A stretch of DNA of 64,000 bases from Albugo candida (lineage: Eukaryota), in the NCBI GenBank assembly GCA_040437565.1, contig JBDOQK010000008.1:62001-126000 (forward strand), written 5' to 3'. Shown piece after piece: positions 37,692 through 50,000 of the stretch. Position 1 is the first letter of the stretch, and every line of letters starts with the position of its first letter. The translations under genes and the position numbers were made by a program. Under the pieces are notes generated by a model. The model was given only the letters and a program-made list of their open reading frames with translations. It did no database searches and was not told the DNA's origin.

Positions 37692-38845
37692 ATGGCGTCA
37701 TTTTTCGCTGGTAAATCACTCGTTTCAGACAAAGGCAGCTTTCTTCGACCGGACAGTATATTTCGTCGGTGGATTGAGCCAGTTTCCAACCCGAATGCCG
37801 TGTTTCCCGCAGGTACGTTTCTTACAAAAGAATCGAGGCCCTGCCTCACTGTCATATTACAGCAAAAGATCGGTACCATCTGTACATTTCGTACGCCTGT
37901 CCTTGGGCAACACGCTGTCTTGCAACTTTGTATCTTAAGAAATTGGACGAATTCATCGGGGTATCCGTAGTACATCCCGTGTTTCAGCGTACCCGACCGA
38001 ATGATCCTCAGGATAAACACGCTGGATGGGCGTTTGTTGATCCAAAGAAGACGCCAACCTTACCGGGTCCTACCGGGTTGGGATCTTACTCATCAGAAGG
38101 AGCGACTTTAGATACAATCAACCATTGTAACTTTGTCCGCGATCTGTACGAGATGTGCTACAAAGGCGAAGTACGATACACTGTGCCAATTTTGTGGGAT
38201 AAAAAGACGAAAACTATCATCAACAATGAATCGGCTGACATTGTGCGCATGTTTAATTCCGCTTTTGACTCTTTCGTGCTATCACCGACCATCGATCTAT
38301 ACCCAAACAAGCTCCAGAATCAAATCGATGAGATTAATGCGTGGGTGTATGATGGTATCAATAACGGAGTCTACAAATGTGGTTTTGCTCAATCTCAGCA
38401 AGCGTACGATGAAGCGGTCGAAACTCTTTTTGCATCTTTGGATAAAGCTGAAGACATCCTCACCTCTCAGCGATATCTTTGTGGAAGGTGCTTCACAGAG
38501 GCAGATTTGAGGCTGTTTATGACTCTGGTACGTTTCGACGAGGTGTATGTGGTGCATTTCAAAACGAATAAGAAGATGATTGAAGACTACCCCAACTTAC
38601 GAAATGTAAGAATCCTCCTGATCGCTAAAGCGCTTTGTGAACTGACTCTGACTCGTTTTCAGTATCTTCGTGAGATTTATCAGATGCCAGAAGTCAAGAA
38701 AGCGATCAATATGCAGCATATCAAGCTTCATTACTATGCATCTCATACTCACATCAATACATTTGGTATCGTCCCAATCGGACCAAATTACGACTACAAC
38801 ACAAAACATGATCGAAACAGGCTCAGCGCTGCCCCTACGAAGTAA
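37692..38845 (+). CDS. Glutathionyl-hydroquinone reductase (ECM4/YqjG, GST Xi/omega-like), three exons
   Basis: 'GSFLRPDSIFRRWI', 'RYHLYISYACPWATR', 'YTVPILWDKKTKTIINNESADIVRMFN', 'INNGVYKCGFA', 'LVRFDEVY', 'HIKLHYY'. An upstream in-frame ATG at 37614 is also possible. Confidence 0.92.
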
Positions 38846-38980
38846 ATTTTGTGCTTTTAAACGCAGATAGTTCTATAAGCATAATAGCAAACACCAGATA
38901 TTTCTACGCTGAAACGACTTGGATTCTGTAGTCCCTGACGAGGTGACCGTGCCCACTTCCTTGAACGACCGGTCATTCTC

Positions 38981-40467
38981 ATGGCGTCCAAGTTTGCAAA
39001 GACGCTGCAGATTCCAAGTGAGTTCCCGGAGACAATGCGAGAATTTGCACGCGAGGTTTTACGTCAACAGGGAAAAGTAGAGACACGCGAAGCCATTATA
39101 CATTTTGGAGTTTCGTACTTTCAGAGTCGAATCGAGAAACGCGCAAAGGACACGGAAGAGCCAATTCCAACAGATGCTTCCGTAGCTGCTTATATGAAAC
39201 ATTCTGACGAGCGCATTTACGAGATTTTAAGAGAAATCGTACAAAAGGCGATACAACAAAACAACAACAACGCGCGCGTTCCGTATGATCTCCTGAAGGA
39301 AGTGATGTGTCAGATAAAAGAGATCTTAAATCTGTCTCCCATTGAGCTGAATGCGTTTTACGCTCAAGTGGCGGAAGATGAGGATGCGACCGTCGATCTC
39401 TCAGGTGATATTTTTGAGGATACTCTTACTGTGAAAGACTCATGAATTTGTGTTTGAGCAGAGATTCTTCCTCTCACATTCAAAGCAGCCAAATATTTGC
39501 GAAGTAGCAAAAACGAAAGGGAGTTGAGAGCTCAGAATCTTGAGAAGAAGTACCAATTACAAGATATGATGCTTCACGGAATGTTTCACGACGAGATGGA
39601 TAGTATTCTCCGAGATATTCTCCATCGAAATGAAGTGGTAAAAGCTGGAGTGTTGGGTCGAAAGCACTTGAAAGCGTGTCTGAGGGATGAGGATCTAGGC
39701 TTCTCCACCGCGGAAGTGAATGTTCTGATGGCTGAAGCAACAAATGACGTCAGTGATGACATGTCTGATTTCATTTCGATTTGTTACACAAAGCTCCGAG
39801 ACGTATTTTTGCATGGTATTATCGAATTTCCGAGTCAACGAGAAGCAGTATCAGACTCTTTATACAATGCATTCATCAACGTTGACGAAGACGGATCAGG
39901 TTTTCTGCCGACCTTTGAGCTCGTGAAAGCGTCTCGAGATGCTGATGTGGGCCTTACAAAAGTACAAATTGTCGTTTTAATGGCCGAAGCTGAAGAGAAT
40001 TCGCAGGGTCTCGTAAATTTTGAGAAATATGCGACTCGGGCCGCTTTGATGGGAGTCTTCTTCATAAGTTTCGAATATCAGCAGCAATTAGCCCAGTTTT
40101 CTCGAAAATTTCGTGCCACCAGCGCTTACTATCGAGTTTTCGACTTGGATCAGCCCGCATTTGAGGTATACTTATTTTTCGAAGTAAACTCATACAGCGT
40201 TTGATCGTTCCCTTGTCTTAGGATACTCTTTCAACGGCACTGGAAACCACAGACGCAGATCAACGTGGTGTCTTGGATCGTGATGAAATTGTGGAAGTAA
40301 TTCAAAGCTCATTTGGTGACATAACCATACGACAAATGCGATGTCTATTGGCATTTGCCGTTAGGAGTTCAAACAGTTTGGAATATGAATACCATTCAAT
40401 CATTCGAAACGCATTCCAAGCACTTCAGCGGCTTCAAGAGTATGACTCCATGATCGCAGAGATGTAG
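38981..40467 (+). CDS. RIIa dimerization/docking domain + EF-hand protein (radial spoke RSP7-like), three exons
   Basis: RIIa motif 'LQIPSEFPETMREFAREVLRQQ...IIHFGVSYF'. EF-hands include 'DEDGSGFLPTFE' and 'DADQRGVLDRDE'. Confidence 0.72.
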
Positions 40468-40539
40468 CTTACGTTTTAGAAAGCCTCCCAACAACTGATA
40501 AAACGATAATTTCATACAGACATTTTATGATCTCACACA

Positions 40540-41726
40540 CTATTTTTGATACTCCCAAACTTCTGTCAGAAGCATCACAACATCGCTTAAACGCGTTGGA
40601 TGAGGTAAATCAAAGGTACGTTGTACGTTGTATAGCTCACTGAGAATTTCGTGTCGTGGAAGCGAGTATCTTAAGCTTGATCTAGAAGCTCACACAGAGA
40701 TCCTTAGCATTGAATCTTGTGGGCTTAATTTGTACCTTTGTTGTGTCTCTATTAGCCAAGACGATCGTAAAGTTCGCCATCGTGTCAAGCCGACATTTAG
40801 AAATGGTCCATTGCGTCCTTGTGGCCACCTTATATCAGTACAAGCATATAATTAGGTTCTATGCACACCAAATTAAGATTGCGCGAACCATGGATCAGCT
40901 ACAATGTCATGGAAATAAGATTCATAGAGACATTGCAATGAGTCTTACGTACTGTCACTCGTGCATGCGGCTACGGTGAATTGATGAAGATGCTGCGTTA
41001 GCCAGCCCAGTAGATACGCATAACATTGTGTAACTGCGTCTTCATTTGTGATATCAGAGAAAGCAAAATCACGTGTTTGATTCTTCATAACTCGCAGTAA
41101 CACTAAAGCTTTTTCAGCATCGTTCAAACCGTCATCTTCTTTTGTTTTCTCATTCAGCTTGCATATACTTTCAAACTCCATTACAATATATGGAAACGTT
41201 AAGTACGATGAGAAAGAATGCAACGTGTATCTACCTGCGCGGTGTGGCAAAATGAGCTCTTCTCGCCCACAACGATGAGAGTCGGTAACTTCGGTGTCCA
41301 CGTGGTTGCGGAGCGCAAACCGATTGGGCTTATTGCGACGATACAGTCGAATTGATTACACACGTCATTCAGATCGAAGACTGCATCAGCTCCTTCTTCG
41401 AATCCGATTGCTGCAAGGCGCTGTATATCATGAGATACGCGTAACCATTCCGCAACACGACCCATCTTTTCTCTGTTTCGGCAATCCTCTACGTCTTGAT
41501 CCGATATTTTCATTCTGACGATAATCACTTTGTACGCTTGCTCTGCTAATTTGTCCGCAAATGTAATGGCGGAATGGCAAAAAATGTTCTCCTCGGCAGA
41601 ATGAACAAGAATAACTCCCGTGACAACTCTACCAGCATGAGATGCAGGCTGCACCAAGTAAGCCGTCTCTGTACATGTGTCCAACAGCGGTATTTGAATC
41701 ACATAACCAGCTCCAGGAAGGATCAT
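40540..41726 (-). CDS. Dienelactone-hydrolase-like alpha/beta fold fused to a Gag1-like clamp (DUF4050) domain, multi-exon
   Basis: DLH-like 'AYLVQP...GVILVHSA...FADKLAEQAYKVI...LAAIGFEEGA...PTLIVVGEK'. The downstream exons (40828-40736, 40681-40540) read 'PFLNVGLTRWRTLRSSWL...FDLPHPTRLSDVVMLLTEVWE'. Confidence 0.65.
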
Positions 41727-41921
41727 CGCGATCCGAAAATTACNNNNNNNNNNNNNNNNNNNNNNNNNNNNNNNNNNNNNNNNNNNNNNNNNNNNNNNNN
41801 NNNNNNNNNNNNNNNNNNNNNNNNNNNNNNNNNNNNNNNNNNNCGAAAATTACATAAATCTAGGAAAGCAAGTATTTATTTCAGGATCTGATGTCATGCT
41901 GACTTGGAATCTATCAGCATC

Positions 41922-43675
41922 TTAAAAAAAAGCGTCATCGTCTTCTCGTTTCGGTACATTCCGATCAGTTGGTCGGTTATGATTAGAGCTCGGCATCGTA
42001 CGATATATTGCTGCAGAGATATCCGCGTTCGAATTGCTATTTCTCGCATTAGAGACTGGAACAACTTTGCTGGACGAAGGGCCTCCAATGTCGATTTCCT
42101 CCCATTTATTGGCGAGTTTGAGTTGTATTTCTTCTTCATCTGAATCTTCCGTGTTCCATGCAGATATCGGCGTCACAGACTGTTAGAAGAAAAGCGTTAC
42201 ATGCTGCCACATAGCCTTTATGAGAAAAAGAAAAGACTTACCAGGTCCACGTACTCACTTGAGTTCTCATTACTTCTAGACTTGAGAAGATATATGATGC
42301 CAGAAATGGTAATGAGAGCGCCCAAAGTGAACATATACAGGGAAGTCTTGGTCATGCTAACGTATTCGGCAAAGTACATGATCCCACCCAAGACGCTCAT
42401 GAGGATCCAAAAGCTCTGATATACTGGAACTACTACTAATGCATCGAAACGTGCCAACCCACCATTTAGGAAAAACACTTGGAAAACTAAGCAAATGATC
42501 AAGCCGCAAAGGATTAAGTATGGTGCCACATTAGTGAAAACTGCGGCACCGTCAGCGCCCCAAATCGCGCTTTTCAGCAGTTCCACAGTTGATTTTGCAA
42601 GTAAGACAGACTGACCTCCAAATGTACCAGCGATTCCTCCGTAGCACACAATGTGATAAATGCCATTTTCAAAGTTGTGAGTTTTCTCAATGTATTTCGT
42701 CAACCCGAAAAGCGCAGCGAGGAAAACAAATACGAAGAACATGTACGCATACATGGCATGTTGCTGATATAAATCAATAAGATCCTGCAATTCGTATTCC
42801 GGCGTGCTATGACCGGCAAAAATGACCGTCAAAATGACTCCAATAAATATAATTACTGTTGCGATAACACTTTGCTTTGTCACTTTTTCATTATGAAAGA
42901 ATGGAGCAATCATCATGTTCCACACAAGTGATAATGCCGCCAATGGAGCAAGAAGCGTCTGTGGAGCCATTCCAAAAGCCACAAAATCCAAGATGGAGCC
43001 CAGACATACCAACGAGAATCCAAGTAGCCACAATGGTTGCTGAAATGAGTTTCGTTTCAATCCAGAGGCTTCGTTTCGCGTCATTGACAGTTTCTGCAAG
43101 TTGATACCGATAGAATTGAAGATGGAGAAAATAAAAGCGATCAAGAATCCCGCGACCCACATTCCCATTGACGGTCCTTTATAATTTATTTTAAAACAGG
43201 CTTCCTTCGTTTCTATCTCGTACGGTGAAAACTGGTGGCAGACTTGTTCCAATTCGGGGCAAGTTGACAATGCCGCCTCGCTACAGGAAGACTGACAGAG
43301 CCGTTTGGATGTTCGACCAATTTCACAGACGGGAAATGTCACTGCGCAATGTATATTCTTCAGTACTTGACCACAAATGCTGCTCGTATTGTCCAAATTC
43401 ATACTATCGAGAAGCGTGGATAGCTCTTGGTCATTGAGATTGACGTATTTGGGAAGCCTTCGAAGTTGCGATTCATTTCGATTGATGTAGAGATTGTAAC
43501 CCGTTTCAGCAGCTTGATCCTGTGAATCCCAGTCATCTTTGGTCGCACACACTCCGTACGAAATATGACTGCAAAATGGTAAATCGGCTGGTGTTCCGCA
43601 TGTATTGGGACATTCGAATGCGATGGTAAGTAGTGAGTTAGAGCCAATGTACACTAAAAATGACAAATATCTCAT
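41922..43675 (-). CDS. NIPA-family Mg2+ transporter with N-terminal extracellular cysteine-rich (Frizzled/Mid1-like) domain
   Basis: NIPA motifs 'FNSIGINLQKLS', 'PLWLLGF', 'DFVAFGMAPQTLLAPLAALSLVWN', 'FLNGGLARFDALVVVPVYQ', 'GGIMYFAEY'. A 12-Cys N-terminal domain is in the same exon. The last exon is ~41922-42180. Confidence 0.85.
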
Positions 43676-44207
43676 CGTATTGCGTCCCGCGTCGCGATGC
43701 TTTAGAGAAGAGACTTCAACTTATTTATTCATCGGTTTCATCGAAAGAACGCATTGGAGATAATAATAGTTTAGTTCTCGTATCTTAAAGTACGATTTTG
43801 TATCGAAAGAAGCGCTATTTTGTGTTGTATTGCGCGTGGCGTTCGCGAACAAGTGTTTATTTTATTCGTAGCAGTCAGCGCCAGGATCTTGCATCGCGAG
43901 CGGGCAGTCGAGACGATTCCAAACCGGATTCTTTGAAATAGAAGATTGAGATTGTGTCTTTTTATCCCTTTGGCAGCTGTTTAGATACAAATTGAATCTT
44001 TGCGAATTTTTTAATCAAGAGACTACCGTAATTCGCATTATAAGAAAGCTGTGATTATTCGATTTATCTTGAAGCAAGAACGCCGACAGAATATGTTGGC
44101 GTAATTCTCTGTTTCTATAACATCATTGAATATATCGGAGGAATGAACTGTTCTGCAAAACATTTTTCTCAGAAGATATAGACCCCGAAAGAGAGACAAA
44201 CGAACAA

Positions 44208-45798
44208 ATGGGAGCAACTTCCAGCACGCAGAAGCTCACCGTGGATTGTATCATCTTAATGGAGCAACTTGAACCAAGCCAGATCGAGAAAAAACAAAAA
44301 ATAAATATGCGTATCAGTATCGAGAGACAATTGAGACGAAAGTGGCCAACGTGTAAGGTTGTGGCGTTTGGATCCTCCGCAAGGTTTGTCGATTCATTAT
44401 CATGAATGATGATCACCCACGGAAGGATGCATGTGTAGTGGCTTTGGATTCGGTGGTAGCGATTTGGATTTGGCGATATTTTTCGAGGATGTGAACTTGC
44501 AGCAGTATCATCAGCTCACACAAGTAGAAAAGAGCGCAATCTTGACTCAGGCTGCAGCAAGTATTGACCGAGATTTTGAGATACAAGAGTATGTTCCTAG
44601 TGCACGAGTGCCCATACTTAAACTATGGAATGCTAGATATCAGGTAGGGTTTTTTGGTCGTATTCTAGTTGTGCAATCTGACGATATACTTATGCAATAG
44701 ATCGCTTGCGACCTTTGTGTTGGGGGAGTCCATATTTTACTCAACACTGCAATGATGCGGTATTATGGGGAGCTAGATCGACGTGTGCGTCCACTCGCTT
44801 TTGCTGTCAAGTACTGGGCCAAAAGTCGTGGGATCAATGACTCTAGTAATGGTACTTTAAGCTCTTACGGTAAGACGGTACCAGTTGCTCGATGGCAAGA
44901 CTTGTACCATTTACGTGATAATCATTGTACAGGGTATTGTTTGCTTGTGATATTTTATCTGCAATCTCGTTTCGGTCCAACAATGATGCCCTGCAGTAAA
45001 AGTGTGTTTGGAGATGCATTAACAACATTTGACGATTTCGTGGCTTTACCAGAAAAATTAGAAAACTTGCCATTAAATGAAAGCATCTTTGATCGTAGCA
45101 CAGCGCTTCATATCGACTCGGTTGGCTCACTGCTCCAAGGCTTTTTCAGCTTTTACGCATCCGAATTTGACATGGAAAAAAGTGTGGTAAGCGTACGGGA
45201 AGGGATAAAAACCTGCAAAGAAGCGAGGTGGGAGTATCAAGTCCCATGGAGAATCAGTATTGAAGATCCTTTCGAATCAGCTCATGACGTTGCCCGTGTC
45301 ATCTTCAGTCGACGAGGTCAAGAAGTTATCATGCAAGAATTCAGGCGCGCGAACGAGCTTTTGAAACTAGGCCATCGTCTTTGCGCAATCTATGATGTAG
45401 AAATGAGCTCATGGCAAGCTAGATCAAGCTGCTACATTTGCAACGGATCGGATCACACGGCTCGACAGTGTGCCTTACGAACGGGACGTTTGGACATCGG
45501 ACTGTCGTGCTGGTACTGTGGGGAGGCAGGTCACATGAAAGCTTCATGTCCTCATTTTCAATTTCTTTACATCCCAAAAGAATGTGTGCATGTGAATAAA
45601 ATCACAAGAATCAATGCGGCTTCTTTCGGCTCACTTTGGAGATCATCCTCACTGAGAAGCGATTCTCCAACACACTCTGTACGTAAGAAAAAAAAGTATC
45701 GTCATAACACGACAATGACTGCAAAGAGCCGTCGGGAAAACAATACAATACAGTGGAAACAATTGCCATGTCTTTCGTCAATGACAAAGCTCGGTTGA
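44208..45798 (+). CDS. Terminal uridylyltransferase / non-canonical poly(A) polymerase (Cid1/TUT4-7-like) with two CCHC zinc knuckles
   Basis: 'FGSSA/SGFGFGGSDLD', 'ARVPILK', 'VKYWAKSRGINDSSNGTLSSY', 'ISIEDPFESAHDVAR', and knuckles 'CYICNGSDHTARQC' and 'CWYCGEAGHMKASC'. The start is uncertain. Confidence 0.87.
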
Positions 45799-46014
45799 AG
45801 TTTCCGTAGNNNNNNNNNNNNNNNNNNNNNNNNNNNNNNNNNNNNNNNNNNNNNNNNNNNNNNNNNNNNNNNNNNNNNNNNNNNNNNNNNNNNNNNNNNN
45901 NNNNNNNNNGACAAAGCTCGGTTGAAGTTTCCGTAGGATTGTTATCAGTTAGGACAGCAATGTAACGAATGATATGAAATGTTATAACATTGTTCGATTG
46001 GCAAGCACGCTGTC

Positions 46015-47055
46015 ATGTCTGTACGCCGTAATGTCCGTCTTCGTCGCGAATATTTATATCGCAAGGGTTTAGAGGGCAAAGAGAAAGTACTTTACGAGCA
46101 TAAACAGAAACTGAAAGAAGCGATACGGAGTACACTACTTCTGTTTCCTTACTTTCATCATATGCTCAGTTTTTCTGATTCTCTGATTCTATAGGTGGTC
46201 GATCCATTCCAACCGAATTGAGGAATGTCGAGCAAAATTTACGACAGGAAATGGAGTTTGACGACGAAAAACATGAGAAACCAGTTGATACAATTGACGA
46301 CGAGTACAGAAACGCAGGAATATTCGATCCCAAGATCGCGATCACAACGTCACGGGATCCAAGCTCTCGACTCAAACAATTCGCCCAAGAGCTTCGCGTC
46401 ATCATTCCAAATGCCGTTCGATTGAACCGTGGAGCTCACACAATCATAAATGTGCGTACATTGTGTCCGTATTGAAAGATCTATCCGCCAAATAACAATC
46501 CAATTCTTCAGCTCGTAGAAAGCGCTCGTAGTAATGAATTCTCAGATCTGATTCTGGTCACGGAAACTCGTGGCGAACCCGATGGATTAGTCGTTTGCCA
46601 CCTTCCATTCGGTCCAACAGCCTATTTCTCCTTGAGCAATACGGTCTTACGGCATGACATTGAAGATCGTGCCACCATTTCTGAAGCGTACCCCCATCTG
46701 ATTCTGAATCAGTTTGAAACTGCACTGGTACGTCACATTTGTCATTCCTATGCTCTTCCTCACGTGCGATTTCCTTCAGGGTCGTCGAGTAGCCAGTATT
46801 TTAAAGCATTTATTCCCTGTCCCCAAGACCGATTCCAAAAGAGTTATCACATTCGCAAATGACCACGACTTTATCTCCTTTCGTCACCACACATTCCGAA
46901 AGCAGGGCAAGCAAGTGGAGCTCTCTGAATGTGGCCCTCGATTTGAATTGCAATTGTACCAGATCAAATTGGGAACGTGCGACCAAAAAGAAGCCGAAAA
47001 CGAATGGGTCTTACGGCCGTACATGAATTCTGCCAAAAATCGAAACCATTTATAA
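46015..47055 (+). CDS. IMP4: U3 snoRNP protein IMP4 (Brix domain), multi-exon
   Basis: 'RRNVRLRREYLYRK', 'DPKIAITTSRDPSSRLKQFAQEL', 'GEPDGLVVCHLPFGPTAYF', 'ECGPRFEL', 'EWVLRPYMN'. Confidence 0.95.
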
Positions 47056-47096
47056 CATTTCAATAGACTTTTCTCCATCAAGCCCCGTTACTTCTG

Positions 47097-50000
47097 TTAC
47101 AGCATCACATTGATATCGGCTTGGAGAAATGAGTCACCGGGTATCCTCGCCAGAATCCTACTAAATGGATCCACTGGAGGAGCGTACATCTCAAAGGTGA
47201 TGGAAGCGCTTGTGATGTTACTGAGATCCAATCTGAAGAATGTCCAACATCCGACTTCCTCCTCCTTACTCACCGTATTCTGATGACGAAGTTCCATTAC
47301 CGCAAAAGTGCCTACAAAGCCACAATGAAAAACAGCTTCTCCTTATCGAAAAATCACCCATACCTTGCATCAAATGCTCCAGTGGATGCTGGAGGTACCA
47401 TGTGTTTCCAAACCACCAGTAATTCGTCCCAGATTGGATCAACGACCTCGGAGTATGCTGAGGCTTTTCGACAATGCTTCCTCTGAAATCGACCGTATAC
47501 AAGCAAAAGTGTGGAGTTTCCATGAGCGGGCCTGTAGCGACTGCCACTGCACCAAGGAACACACCAATGTACGTGCTGTCAGGCAAATGGAAGGGACACC
47601 TTAGCAATGGCTCGTGTTCAGTCGGAGAGGTCGAATGAAGCTGTAGTAATTCTCTCATTTCATCGTCTTGTGTGAGGTCGCATGGACTTTGCCCATTCAA
47701 ATTCTTCACATCCAATGCCGCCCCTTTTTTGATCAACGTCTCCACCAAATCGTATCGATACAGCGACACCGCGTAATGGAGTGCGGTATCGCCATTCCCA
47801 TCGACAGCATTTATGTCCGCCCCCGCCTCAATGAGCCACACACAAACTTTGACAGCTTCAAATCCTTCATCGTCCTCGTTCTGAACCGCACAATGAAGAC
47901 TGATGAGTCCTGAGCCATTGGTCGTATTCACAAAATCTCGGCGCGAGCACCCATCAATACCAATCATATTCGCATTTGGCGGCACATTCGTAATGACTCG
48001 AACGCCTTTTACTTTGCGTATAGCCGCCATCCATTCCAGCACAATGCTATCGTTATCGGCGACAAAAGAGATCACACCTTCGGGGTTTCGAGAGCTCAGA
48101 AGCCTCGGCGATTGGATCTCAAATCCATACGCCACATGCGATAATCGTTTGATGGCTGTGTCACACAAATCGACGATTTTCAAAGGGATTTTATCCTTTG
48201 CAGTTTTGTAGAATGAGAGACACACTTGATCCACGACCACATACCGTTTGGTCGCCCATCGATTCCCACTGGCTTTGCGTAAATATCCTTCTTTGTACAC
48301 TTGTAGCACTATCGTATGCTGGGAAGAGAATGACGTGAGACGCTGGAGGTTCCCAGTTGGTGTCGATGAAATCAGCATTCGACGAGTCCGGCGTTTTGTT
48401 GGAGCGTTCTCGCCATTCTTGGAAGCAATGGGCGATGATAATTCAGGACCTGACAGATGTCGGTGGTACATTCGCGATTTCACGTCCACGGGATCGTCAA
48501 TTGTCTCCTCTGTTGTCGCACTGCTTCCCCGCAGATCGTATTCCGAAAGCCCGCTACTCGAGGAATTTGGACTGGAAATCCGATTTGCAGCCATCGCAAG
48601 AAGCTGAATCATATCCATATGCGCTAATTGGCAAGCGTAATGCAGCGGTGTGTTCCCCAAAGCGTCCTTACTGTGCACCAAATTCTCCATATTCGAGTTC
48701 TCTTCCAAGACAAATCGCGCCAAATTCTGATCGCCATTTCGAGCGGCGATATGGACCAGCGACATCATTTGCTGGTTGCGTATGCGCAGTATATTGGGAA
48801 GATCTCGCGCGATGGCTTGGACCTGAGCAGTATCGTACTCGATGGCAGCGTGAAATAGGCTTTGGGTCTTTTTTTTAAGGCGAAATCGCGTCAGGTAGCC
48901 GGCGATTACACTCACGAGAACTTGAAGAGCTTTACGACGCTGAGTCGCGCAACGTCTGCCAATTGTACGACGAGCGAGGGTTTGGATAAGAATGATTCGA
49001 TGGCGAGTACGATGATATCGGTGACGTTCCAATGAGCCTCGAAGGAACGCTTGCATCAAAGTCGCCTTTGCTCGGCATTTTAGAAATGCCCGTCGTGCGA
49101 GGTACTTTCGAGTCCATTTCTGAATGTTCACAGCCATTTCTTTCGCCTTTAGAAATTGGTTTCGCTTCATCATACGTCGAGTATGAGATTGCAGACGACA
49201 AATGCTCCATATCGTCTGTTTGTACAGCGCGCGTTGGACAAATCGGTGCCAAAGTGCTTGGAATCGAATAAAGCCACGCCTTTGAATGCGATATTTTGCG
49301 CGGATACTTTTCATCCGTACGATCGACTGACACAATACGACGCGATGATACTCCTTCCGATACGTTTGTTTCGCGGCCAGCATCCGGAAAATCGCTTGGA
49401 CTCGTATGGCCATTCGTTTCTCACGTAGAAAGCGCCGACGAACGAGGCCTCGGCGGATCATAGACTGAGACTTGATCGTAGCATTTCTTCCCTTTACGTA
49501 CTCCGTCCGGACTTTATAGGCTCGTATGCACGCTTGGATCCTTGTGACTTGCCGTATCGTACGCTTGTATCGATTTCGAGCAAGAAACCCTCGTGCAAGA
49601 CTTGCTATTTGGACTTGAGCGAGATTCTGCTTGAGTGCGCGCATCCTGGCGCTTTTTCCGTATTTGAGTCGAGCAAGAAAACCTCTTCCAGCCGCATGTA
49701 AGCAGAGAGCAGAACGTTTCTTCGACAGATACGTTGCTCGAGCTTGGAACCCTTTGTAGCGGGATGCGATACGACAGGCTGCATCGCGTTGGTCTCGATA
49801 CAGTCGATATTGATGCCACATTCGTGCGGCGCTGGCGATCGCTGTTGCTGCTTTTTTCTGTCTCCGAAAAGCTTTGCGGGCTAAATGCATTCGGAATACT
49901 GACCCAACTTTTGTGCTTGCATTTGGAAGGTTTCGGAGGTACCACGCATATCGTCTAGCTATTCGTCCACGCACACGACTCTGAACGATGATAACACGCT

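Noticed and set aside
41734-45936. Short direct repeats around the gaps at 41744-41843 (10 bp) and 45810-45909 (27 bp) as target-site duplications
   Set aside because: Better explained as contig-end overlaps. No transposon sequence is visible.
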